A stretch of DNA of 64,000 nt. It comes from Octopus sinensis. Its lineage: Eukaryota. The stretch lies in NCBI RefSeq assembly GCF_006345805.1, contig NC_043003.1, positions 53,692,001 to 53,756,000 of the forward strand, read 5' to 3'. Shown piece by piece: positions 24,158-35,750 of this stretch. Within the stretch, counting starts at the first letter, position 1, and every line of letters starts with the position of its first letter. The position numbers and the translations under genes were made by a program. A model generated the notes under the pieces. The model was not told where the DNA came from. It searched no databases and saw only the letters and a program-made list of their open reading frames with translations.

Positions 24158-26488
24158 GGCACGTAAAAGGGCACCATTCAAGCGTGATCGTTACCAATGT
24201 TGCTTCACTGGCACATGTAAAAAGATTCGAGCGAGGTCATTGCCAGTACCACCTGACTGGCCTCCGTGCCAGTGGCACGTAAAAAGTGCCCACTACACTC
24301 TCGGAGTGGTTGGCGTTAGGAAGGGCAGCCATCTGGCTCACCAGCCCTCAGTCAAAATCGTCCAACCCATGCTAGCATGGAAAGCGGATGTTAAACGATG
24401 ATGATGATGATGATAATGATATGTATGTATGTATGTATATAATAACAATAATCTTTGGATGGAATTTATAAACATTTAATGCATTGCTGTACATGTTTCC
24501 ACAAATCACATGTCAAGATGCGACCCCAGAAAACTGGTTCACCAGTCAGCATCATTAGACTGTGGCTGGCATAATGGAATAGGAGTTTTATTTGCATATA
24601 CAAAACGTTTCCTGTAAACAAATTTAAAATATATAGAGCCTTGTCTGTGTTCATTCCATGTAAAAAGCAGTGAGTGTACTCTGCAGAGTGATTGGTGTTT
24701 GGAAGGGCATCCAGCCATAAAAACCCTGCTAAAACACACACAGTAGTCTGGGGTAGTCATCTACCCAGTCGTCTCTTGTCAACTGCCCTACTTATGCATG
24801 CATGGAAGACAGGTGTTAAATGATGATGATATATATATATATACATACACACACATATACATATTGAGAAAGAGGATGGGCTTTAAACTTCAAAGAAGTA
24901 TTTAATTTCTATATATACTTATATTTCTGTTAAAATTTAGCTTAAATTCCATGTCCTACTTTTGATAAAAATAAATGTGTTCATGTCCTATCTGGTTTCA
25001 GTCTTTTTCTATAACTCTTGTCCTGAATGAGATAGTTATAAAAGTTTAATGTATTTTTGAATAATCAAGCATAATAATAATAATAATAATAATAATAAAA
25101 TAATAATAATAATGGTATTTACAATTCAGTAGTGTTATGCATTCTCTTGCCAACAGAATTGAAAGGTCAGTTTTAAATGTTGTTGGTTGTTTTGAAAAAT
25201 ATGTGTCAAAGCATATTACAGCACATTACCTTTAAAAGAGTGTCTTTACTGCTAGTTAGAAACGATGATGCTTAATCCATGCTGTTTTAGGTAACAATTC
25301 ATTTTAATTTTGCTTCGATAGGTTGGATTTCAAAGATTCATTTGTGATTATATTATCTACATTATTTGTTTGGAATATTTGATTTTATATTTTTTATTCT
25401 ATTTTTAATATCAAAATATGATTTATGATTTATTATTTTAGTCATTGTTTTCCGAAATTTATCTGATACCTTGGGCAAGTGTCTTCTATATAGCTCCAGA
25501 CTGATCAAAGCTTTGTGAGGGAAATTGTGTGTGTGTTACTGTCTCCTTGGCTACATGTGATATTAGTGACACGTCTAGTCATAAGAAACATTACCTTGCA
25601 TGGAAGCATATGAGGTTTGGCAACTGGAGGAGTATCCAGTCATACAAAATCTACCTCAAGAACCTCTGACTCTGCAAACATAGAAAAGTGGACAGTAAAA
25701 GACGATCATATTAAAATATAAAGCTACAAAGGATATGAAATAATAGAACATACTTTTTACACTTTATAAGTGAAGCAGAAATAATGTAAACTTTATTCTT
25801 TAAAAGAAAATGCAGAAACTTAAAATGGCTTTCTAGCTTCTATAAAATCTTTTATTTGAATCTTACTAGATAAACATTTAAACATAGCAGCTGCTATTTT
25901 TAAATTAAAAAATACATACACAACAGCTTCTAGCTGAAGATAATGGTGTGTGTATGTCTCTCATATTTCATTCAATCATGTATTTTTGTTTTAAGAAGTA
26001 AATTATGTTCTTTTTAATTATCCAGTGTGACATACTAATCTTAATGAAAAATTATTAAGAAGAAATTTCTCAATTAATTTGATAATTGAATAGATTCTGC
26101 TTTAGTGTAAAATAGTTCAAAATAAAATTTGATAGTATACTTAGAAAATCATGGACACAGCCCCCTTTCTTTTGTCCAATCTTATTTTTTAAAAATCTCA
26201 ATACTGTGTTTGCTATGATGTGAATTTATTGATATTCTTTACAAATCCTGAATAGCTTATAGTGTTTTCCAAATGGTGAACTGTACACAGCATAGCATGT
26301 TATGATTTGGAGGCTCTTGTCCTTTTAAACATGAATTTTATTTATCTCCACCTATGACTTTTTAGATTGTACTTTTTAAAAAATGTCTTCTGGTTTATAT
26401 GTTTTGAACATCAGAGATTCAGAATCTGCAAGCATTTTTAAAATTCAAATAAAGAAAAAAGATTTGTTTTATTTAATTTTTTTTTTTT

Positions 26489-26710
26489 TACATTATTTAC
26501 ATTTGACGGATATCTGTCCTCATTTTGTTTGTTGTTAACATGTTTCGGCTGATATACCCTCCAGCCTTCATCAGGTGCCTTGGGGAAATTTCGAACCTGG
26601 GTTCTCATTCCTTAAGTATTTTTCGATACTATTATTCAGGTCACTGCCTGGAATCGAACTCGCAATCTTGGGGTTAGTAGCCCGTGCTCTTAACCACTAC
26701 GCTATATGCC
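26489..26710 (-). mobile_element. tRNA-headed SINE whose 3' half contains a hammerhead-like core
   Basis: Reverse complement: ggcatatagcgtagtggttaagagcacgggctactaaccccaagattgcgagttcgattcc (A and B boxes), then gcac-CTGATGA-a-ggctg..cagcc-GAAAC-atgtt. Confidence 0.75.
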
Positions 26711-28386
26711 TAGAAAATTTACACTGCAGTATTTTTTTTTATTATGTGTCTAATAACATCCTTCATTTGTGTTTAATGTGTTGCATTTATAATTACATAG
26801 GTGTAAACATAGCCATATGATTAAGAAGCTTACTTACCAACCATATGGTCTTAGATTCTGTCCCACTGCGTGGCACCTTGGGCGAGTGTCTTCTACTATA
26901 GCTCTGGACTGACCAAATCCTTGTGAATGGATTTATTAGATGGAAATTGAAAGATCAAAATAGGTGTGTGTGTGTGTCCCCTTGTCTTGACATCCCATGA
27001 TGATTATAAGTGAGCATGTTGTTCATTTCTAGTCTTCTGTGAAAAATGTCTGGCCATAGGGAAATATTACCTTGCTTGGAAACAGGTAATGGTTGGTGAC
27101 AGGAATGACAGCTGGTCTAAACATTAAATGATGATGATGATAGTTTATTTAAAGAGAAACACGAAACAGTTAATTCTGAAAGCCATGAAGCTAATTAAAA
27201 ATTTTAAAGTGTATTAAATTAGAAAATGCTTTAACCTATCTCCCACTGACACCCTTGTATACATGTCTTAAGTTACAGAATATTCTTCGCTTTTTCTGTG
27301 TACAAGGTACTCTGAATTGCTGTGATGGCACTATGATGGAACCCACTGCACTCCTTCTGCAGAGAAAGTGAAGGAATTTGAGGTTACTTTAATCCTATCT
27401 CACCCTGGTCTTTTCAACCTGTGTAGTGTTGGTTCCTTGAGAAAATACACCCAGCACACTTTGTAAAGCATCCAGCTGCAGAAATCAAAGCAAATATCTA
27501 TGAGCATCAGCCTTTAGGAGCAACCGTTCCTAATATGAAATGAATCAGATCATGACAACATATGCAACCCATGTCAGTATGGAGAGTGATCATTAAATAA
27601 TAATGATGATGACTTTTCAAGGAGACTCAGCACTATATAATTCTTTTATCTATTACTTGTTTCACTCATTTGTCTGTGGCCATGCTGGGGCACTACATTG
27701 AAAGATTTCGGTCAAACAAATCAATCCCGATACTTATCTTTTAAAATCTGGTACTTATTCTGTTGGGTTTTTTTTTTTTTTTAACCAAAGCACTGAGTCA
27801 CAGGCTGTACGCAAACCAACAACAGTTGTGAAGTGGTGTGGGGTAACAAACGCAGACACAAAGATACCACATGCAGAGATCTCACACACACACACGATGG
27901 CCTTCCACATGGTTTCCATCTTCCAAGTTCACTCACAAGGTAAGGTCAGTTTGGTGCTATAGTAGAAGACACTTGCCCAAAGTGCCTCATAGTTGGAGTG
28001 GAACCAAAACTATGTAGTTTCAAAGCAAGCTTCTTAACCACTCAGCCAGCCATGCCTGTACTTCATTTCATTATCAAGGTTGCTTAAATACTCTCCTCTA
28101 ATATATTACTGATACAAAGGTAGCAAGCTGACAGAGTCGTTAGCATGCCAGCTGAAATGCTTAGCGGCCTTTCATCTGTCTTTACGTTCTGAGTTCAAAT
28201 TCCACCGAGGTCGACTTTGCGTTTCATCTTTTCAGGGTCGATAAATTAAGTACCAGTTGCATACTGGGGTCAATTTAATCGACTACCCCCTTTGTGCCTA
28301 GAGTAGAAAAGAATATGTTACTGATACAAATGGTTGTAGTTTATTTAAATGTTGAGGATATTGTGTTTTTTAGAGTTTTGGGTTAA

Positions 28387-28605
28387 CCCTTTCATTACTG
28401 TATTTATTTTGAGATGCTCTGTGTTTCTTTCAATTAATTTTAGATATAACAAAGAATTTAGTAAAATAACTTTATCATTAAGCTAGTGTTAAAAACATAA
28501 ATTGTGACTAAGGTTTAGTGTAAGATTTTAATTTGATACTTATGAAAACAAGGCATTTGTACTACATAGCCAGAGGCGGTTTCAGCCGGGTTGGTATCAA
28601 AAGGG
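28387..28605. mobile_element. piggyBac-type MITE family A (219 bp), TTAA TSD
   Basis: ttaa|ccctttcattac ... gtatcaaaaggg|ttaa; inverted copy of 50302-50521. Confidence 0.88.
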
Positions 28606-29179
28606 TTAAATAGCTGTCTAGTTCATCAGAAATGGTTGTAAACCTGGTAGGCTGCTTTACAGAGTTCAGTTTATTGCTGTAATTGATTGATATTCTATCA
28701 AAGCAGACTTTGCTTTCACCCTTGTAAGGCTATTTGTACTTTACTAAAAGTGATCTTTGTTTTGCAGAAGAAATCGTTATGTCATTATGTAAAGTGCAAA
28801 TAGCTTAGTAGACAATACTATATCAAATTTATGAGATGTGGTTTAGTATCTCATCGTTAAAGCCATGTATGTTACTCTGCTCTTTTTATTAGAAATAATG
28901 TCTGAATGTTGAAGATGGATGTAAATAAAAAAATTGGTAATTCACTTGTACTCACTCACTTGTTTTTGATATCAATAAAAGAACATTGATTTTTGTATGT
29001 TAGTGGGGTTTTTTTCTCTTTTTTTTTGTATTTATAGCTACAAATATGTGAACATTGATGCATTAACAAAAATTTGCACTTTATTTATGAATACTCAGTA
29101 CAGCCAACCAGCCATCTTCTCCCTCTGCTGCTCGCAGAAAGGTTGTTGAGGTACAGTCCTCAGGTACCTATTACATAGG

Positions 29180-29520
29180 GTCCTATCGGAAACAATTGTC
29201 ATTAAATTTTCTGATTGGATCTCCAGGCATGACCAACTAAAGCTATGGTTATTGTTCAGCCATCTCATTTTTGGTCTACCCCTAGGTCTCCTGTTGGTTG
29301 GCTCAGCTTGAATAATCTATCTTGTAATTCTTTCCTGTGACATAATGTTCACATGTCTGTAGTGCTGAAGCTGTGACTTCAATGCAGAAAAGTGATGGCT
29401 CAGCCCAGAGAGACTCGCTGATCTTTGAACTGTACATCCTGTCAATGTTACTCCAGTGGTCCTTTGGAGGAACCTCATTTCTGTTGCTTGTACATTGCAA
29501 TCATACTACTTAGAAATATA
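29180..29520 (-). mobile_element. Degenerate RTE-type LINE 3' fragment (different family)
   Basis: Reverse strand reads QATEMRFLQRTTGVT...RRPRGRPKMRWLN. Confidence 0.7.
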
Positions 29521-32500
29521 AATATCTGGGCTATATCTAATGTATTAATTTACTTCATTTGCCATTTAGTTTCTAGAAATGGTATCTTAATTCTATTTGG
29601 CTTGAGTGGAGGAGGCGTGTGATTTAAAGAGGAAAACTTGAATTAATTTTCGTGTTTTTCCTTTGTGCCATTAGCTTTACATCAAAAAATGAGTTTCAAA
29701 ACATCTCAAATAAAATTAAATTCGGTCATCATCATCATTATCATCTGTTTCATATGCTTAGATAAGTTGGATGGGACTTTTCCAGCACAGCATTCCACCA
29801 TTTTACACTCCCATGTCATCTCCTTGCAGTTCAGTCTCTTGAGACAATGCTTCACCACTTCTCTTCATGGCTTCCTCAGTCAACCTGTACATCAGGGCAC
29901 CCAACTCTCCTCTCTCATCATCCATGTGCATTACATGCTTGCAGCAGTGCAGTTTTCTCTCTTACACACTACATCTGATTCCTCTTGTATCTAATTTTAA
30001 CTCCCAGCTTCTTTGTACTCCATTATTCATGGTCATTACCATTACACATTCAGCAGAACAGGCTCACCTCATTTTTTTTATAACCTTTACACATTCTCCA
30101 CATTCAGTGCTTATGTTTCGGTACCATAAAATACCAATGTTATGTGCACAGAGATAATCCTTTTGTTTCCAATGGAGGCAATACTCCCACCTCATTCTGG
30201 TAGTTATACTTTCATAATACTCATTATCTTTGTTAATTAGGTTGCCTAGGTCAGTGAATTTATGTATTGACTTCATTTCACTGCTATTACTTTTATTTGT
30301 TAATTTGTTGTCATTTAACCTGTTAACTAGTCTATTGTTTGATTATTCAACTTGACAGCTAGATTGCAAATGGCAACAAAAGAACTTAGTTGATTGATTG
30401 AATGATTAATCAAACAGTTGATTAGTCAATTGGTTAAATGTTAATAATAAAAGAAGTAAAAGAGAACCAGTGCATGTGTTTGTTGTTACTGTATCTTGGT
30501 AGGCATAATGAATCGCCCGAGATACAGTAAAATTTTACATTTCTTTTCTCTATTTTCTTTCTGGCTGTTATTTATTTCTAAATCAACTCTGAGCTCAACA
30601 TTTTGATCAAAGGCTTTCCAGCTATGACTATTTTTTAAAGTTGATGTGATCTGAAAGCTACTATTTCTAGCAGGACAGGCTGATTGAAGGTTCTATTGTT
30701 GATTTTTTATTTGTATCAAAAGGGTAAAAGTTATTGGCTATTCACTAATACTAATTGACAGTTGGGAAGTCATCATTTAAACTAGTCATTCATGTGGTCA
30801 ACGACTTGATAGAAATATTGCTCCAATATTTCCTGTTGTGTACACAATTGGTATCATAAGAATGCAGCTGAGCTGATCATTCAGACTCCTTTGATCAAAT
30901 AAATAACATTGAAAGAAATGATAATGGCGATTTAATCATTAGGACGATAAAGAGTCTGCTTTCTATTGTTAATGGATTAAAGGATTATGGCTGGATACTG
31001 AACAGGTTTAATTACATAAGCAACCCTAGCCAATACAAACGGTGTGTTCCAATAAATGTCATGTCAGCACCATTGTCAAGTAATCAGTAATTAATTTGAG
31101 AAGAGAAATTACTAGAATGGAACTAGTAGGATAAATGGTGAAGCTGAAAATAGGTGATGATGCACTTTGTATTTGTGTAAATGTATAGTAAAAGAAAAAA
31201 GTTAAATTGTTTTGTCCGAGACCATTATACTTTGTTCACCTTGTGAAAACTTGAAAATATAGAGAATGGCTCAGAAAAAACAGCTTGTATAAACTTGTTG
31301 CCAGAAACTAGTTCAGCGTACATTTTTTAACTGATGACAGAATTTTATCAACCGGAATTAGTTTCTACACATAGAAATTTTATGTTGGTGATTGAGGATT
31401 AGTGATTAACTGATTTTCTTTTTGCCTTAAATGAAAGATCATAAATATGGAGATAATAACTTAATCTTGGGAGATAATATTGATTTCTGGCGATTTAATA
31501 CTAAATCAATCTGTCTAGTTGCAACTGAAAGCAGTTGACTTATTTTATTGATGTGGGGAAAAAAGGATTTGATATAAGAACATAGAATCTCCAAACTAGA
31601 TTAAAATTGAGGCATTCTACTCTTCCAGACACTTTGTTAATACCATCCTCATCATTTTACATGTATTTCTCCATGGCTTTGATGTGTGTTCTAAATCTCT
31701 GTTTCTATGGATCTTTAAGCTTCCACATTTTCCTTTTCTTGACTGGGTTGTACTTCTGAGTCCTTTTAACAATAAGTGTGAAGTCCTTAACTACCAGCCT
31801 GTGTTGGATAGTACATTCTTCATCAAGGAAGAACTTTGCATTTACAGTCAACTGTTTATCCTGATTTCTGATGAGAATGTTGACAATCTCGTTTGCATTA
31901 TTGATATGTGATCTGATGACTGTTTGCTTTCCAAAAGTTAGTGTTGCAGATCGTTAGGTCATTTCTTTGAGGTAACCTGCAAAAGGTTATTGCATGGAGG
32001 GTCCTTTTGTTTGTCTGGCAGCCTTGATTGAGGAGCATCATCATCATCGTTTAACGTCTGTTTTCCATGTATTTAAATAAGCCATATCTAGCTCAAATGT
32101 TATACCTGTTTTACATTAAAACTGGACTGCTCTGGCCTCTCACACCTACCCTACTGTGTCATTCTAGAATAAGCAATCACATCATTGAAATCTTGAAGCT
32201 TTTAGATAATGCATTATTATTTCATAACTGTAAATAAATAAGCATTACATTTGTCAGGATAATCTGGATGCCAAAGGGTTACAACAGTACAACACTGAAA
32301 TCATCATCATCATCGTTGCCGTTTAACATTTGCTTTCCATGCTGGCATGGTTTGGACGATTTGACTGAGGGTTGGCAAGCCAGAAGGCTGCACCAGGCTC
32401 CAATCTGATCTGGCAAAGTTTCTCCAGCTGGATACCTTTCCTAATGCCAATATGTACATATTAAGAAAATATTAGTAAATCCTAAAAGATACAAAAAACT

Positions 32501-33424
32501 ATACCATTGACCACATACAAGTTATAAATGAGAAAATTAGGAGCAGTGATGAACATTGAACAATATTACATATTAAAAGAAATAAATGAAGCAATCAGTA
32601 CAACTAAACTTTGTCAATATTACATTCTGAGTTAAGTACCAGTTACACACTGGGGTTGATATAATTGACTTAATCCTTTTGTCTGTCCTTGTTTATCCCC
32701 TCTATGTTTAGCCCCCTGTGAGCAATAAAGAAATAGATATTTGTACATCATGAGTGAATGGATGTGGATGAGTAAGCATGCTGTAATATGGAGAGGAATG
32801 GGGAGCAGTGATAAACTTTGAGCAATTATAACAGTTTATATTTTTAACGAATACATCATTTACTCCCTTAACTCTCTTTTACTTGTTTCAATCATTTGAC
32901 TGTGGCCATGCTGGAGCACTGCCTTTAGTCAAGCAAATCAACCCCAGGACTTATTCTTTGTAAGCCTAGTACTTATTCTATCAGTCTCTTTTGCCAAACT
33001 GCTAACTTACGGGGATGTAAACACACTAGCATTGGTTGTCAAGTGATGTTGGGGGCAAACACAGGCACACATACATATACGACAGGCTTCTTTCAGTTTC
33101 CATATACCAAATCCACTCACAAGGCATTGGTCGGTCCGAGGCTACAGTAGAAGACACTTGCCAAAGGTGCCATGCAGTGGGACTGAACCGGAACCATGTG
33201 GTTCGTAAGCAAGCTACTTAATGCACTGCTTTCTTATTTACTATGGTTTCTTTCTCCCCTTCCTGTTACTCATCTCAGAGACCCTAAAAAAGATCATGGG
33301 CACTAGCTTTCCTTCTGATGGTTCCATAAAAAAGTTGATGACTACTACAATACAGTTATGTTGGTTGAATAAAACTCTTATTATTGGTGATTGGAGATGG
33401 AAAATAATAGTGTATTATCATTAA

Positions 33425-33619
33425 CCCTTTGGCATTCAGATTATTCTATCAAATGTTACACACATTTATCCACATTGTATGGAGTTAATCATTCATTATC
33501 TCGTAGTTTCAAGATTTCAGTGATATGATTACTTAGTTTTAGAATGACATTATAAGTAGGTGTGAGATAAACTATGTAGATTATTTAGTTCAGGTAAGGC
33601 TGGTTGAAATGCTAAAGGG
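33425..33619. mobile_element. piggyBac-type MITE family B (inverted partner at ~32073-32278)
   Basis: ttaa|ccctttggcatt ... aatgctaaaggg|ttga; the reverse copy ends gatgccaaaggg at 32278. Confidence 0.75.
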
Positions 33620-33868
33620 TTGAAAGAAAAAAGCAGTAAAGCTCAGCTGGGAAAATGAATGGCAGAAAATATATTTTAAAACTCGTTAACAATTCACATA
33701 TCCAGTCAATGAAATATTTGTTCTTTGTATATGCATTACTATGTAATTGCTTGAGGATTTTGTAACAAATGTAGATTAAGTTAGGATATCAAAAGTATGA
33801 TGACTAGTTCTTTGTAAATTATAAATTTTACTAATAAAGCAGCTCTTAAAGGTTGTACAAATTATAGT

Positions 33869-34210
33869 ATGTTGTCAACTTAATGTGATAGTCCCATAAA
33901 AGGGAAGAATGCTACTGTTATTTAGCCCTAGGAAACACCGTTTCCTGTTGGACTTGACACATTTTTTGTGTCCTTATGTTTTCAAAGTGGAGATAAGCAC
34001 CTCCACCCAGCAAACCCAGACTGATGATGAGCAGTGACTCTGAAACTAGTCTCTGGATACTGACTTTGCTGGTTGGAGGTGCTTGTCTCCACTTTGAAAA
34101 CATTAGGACATAGGAAATGTGTCAAGTCCAACAGGAAGCAGTGTTGCCTAGGGCTAAATAACAGTAGCATTCTTCCCTTTTATGGGACTATCACATTAAG
34201 TTGACAACAT
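33869..34210. repeat. Near-perfect inverted repeat: 146-bp arms, 50-nt loop
   Basis: Arms 33869-34014 and 34065-34210 aligned by hand: 137/146 identical, no indels, outer 64 bp perfect. Confidence 0.97.
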
Positions 34211-35580
34211 CCTATCACTTTATAGTTCTGCCACTGCATAAATTTCTCTGAGGGATTTAGAAATATTTCTGTTGTACAAATGGTTATAAGATTTTCTGTG
34301 ATGAGTATCTGTTTCAATTTTTACTTAGATTTGAAAACTAGTCACAAATACAATTTTTATTTCAAATGTATTTTATATTCACAGTAAGTTTTTCATGATT
34401 ACTTTGATAGAGCTAATGTTTTAAAACTTTTCATTTTCCTTTCTCTTACAAATTTGTACACAAATTCTTCAAAGTATTCCCCACAATTATTCAACTTTGA
34501 AGCAATAGTGTTGCTCACTTTCAGTTTGACAGACAAAGGCAAGTAAAGTAAGTGCGTATTATTTAAAACTTGTAATACCTACATTATGGAGTTAATTATT
34601 CATTAGCAAAGTATTTTTGTCTCTGAGTGTATGTAGAAATATATGCTCTTAAGTTTTACTCACTTCTTATTATACTGCAGGTGCAACATAAGAAATACAT
34701 TATTACTTTAGTTTTATCTAGTACTAGCTTAAAAGCTACTTTCTAGCTAGTTCCTGTGGAGGGCTAATTGGACCTGTAGCCCAAAACTAACAAGAGCAAA
34801 ATAGCATAACTAATACATGTATGACTATATGCTCCTGTGGTGTTTGATCTGAGTTTAAGGATGGATGAGAATTCTGTAATGCAATCATTCTATTGTTCCA
34901 GTCCCAAGTTGAATTCCAGCTGTTGGCTAATTTGTCCCAAGGTTCTTATCTTGACGTAAAATTAAAGAAGCAAATGTCATTTATCTTTCCTTTGATCTCT
35001 GACATCATCTGACAAATGCCACCAAGATGGCTTGAATCAGCCAAGCTTTACCTGCTAGAAATAGCAACCCAAATGCTTTTAAATCTGATCCCAATGTTGG
35101 ATGTTCAAGAACCAAATGAAGGGCAGATTTTCAATCCCAGGATCATACTGATTCCAAAAAGCTTTACTGTGTCTATGTAGAGAAAATGTAGGCTGAGATA
35201 CAGTGGTCTCAGACAAACAGATAAAATTTCACTTTTATTATTGTAGATAAATTATACTGAATTAGAGCGAAGACATTTAAGGTGAACTGTCTACCAGAAA
35301 TGACTTCAGTAGAACTGTCTAAGCAAGCAGTACTGGCATTATGGTCCTCTAATTTAATGTTCACGATGGAATGGTATTTTAACTAGTTTAAATCTTTTTA
35401 AAAAATTTACTAATGATAAAATCTAGCTTTGAAGTATAGTTTTGTATATAATTGCACCTTAGGTGAAATTTTCAGTAAGATATTCTTTTGTACTATATCT
35501 AACCTGTTGAAAGGGTGCTAATCTATGATACATTATTTACTCCAGGTTGTGGGACCTGGTGACTCACATGTTTTCTTCAG

Positions 35581-35750
35581 GCTGCTGGTGAAACCAAAGT
35601 TGTTTACAGCACCAAAGAAGTGGTTGATTATGGTTTGGATTACCTCCCAGTGTACAAAGAATTTGCTAACATCTGCAAACCTGAATTCAAGAATCAGTTC
35701 AGCAAAGCTATTGGTGGGGAACAAAAGTTTACATAATGAAAGTTCCATCT
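35581..35750 (+). other. Candidate exon with a coding-like frame ending in TAA TGA
   Basis: Branch-like ctcac, acceptor ttttcttcag|G and donor tct|gtgagt. Frame 0 reads AAGETKVVYSTKEVVDYGLDYLPVYKEFANICKPEFKNQFSKAIGGEQKFT**. The protein is not recognised. Confidence 0.4.

Noticed and set aside
26641-26710. tRNA gene on the minus strand
   Set aside because: A and B boxes are present but the acceptor stem does not close, and the sequence runs into a repeat body; it is a SINE head.
28769-28866. Possible upstream coding exon for the 35581 frame
   Set aside because: Splice signals are plausible, but all three frames from the acceptor contain stops and the one internal-ATG frame ends in phase 1; at most a UTR exon.
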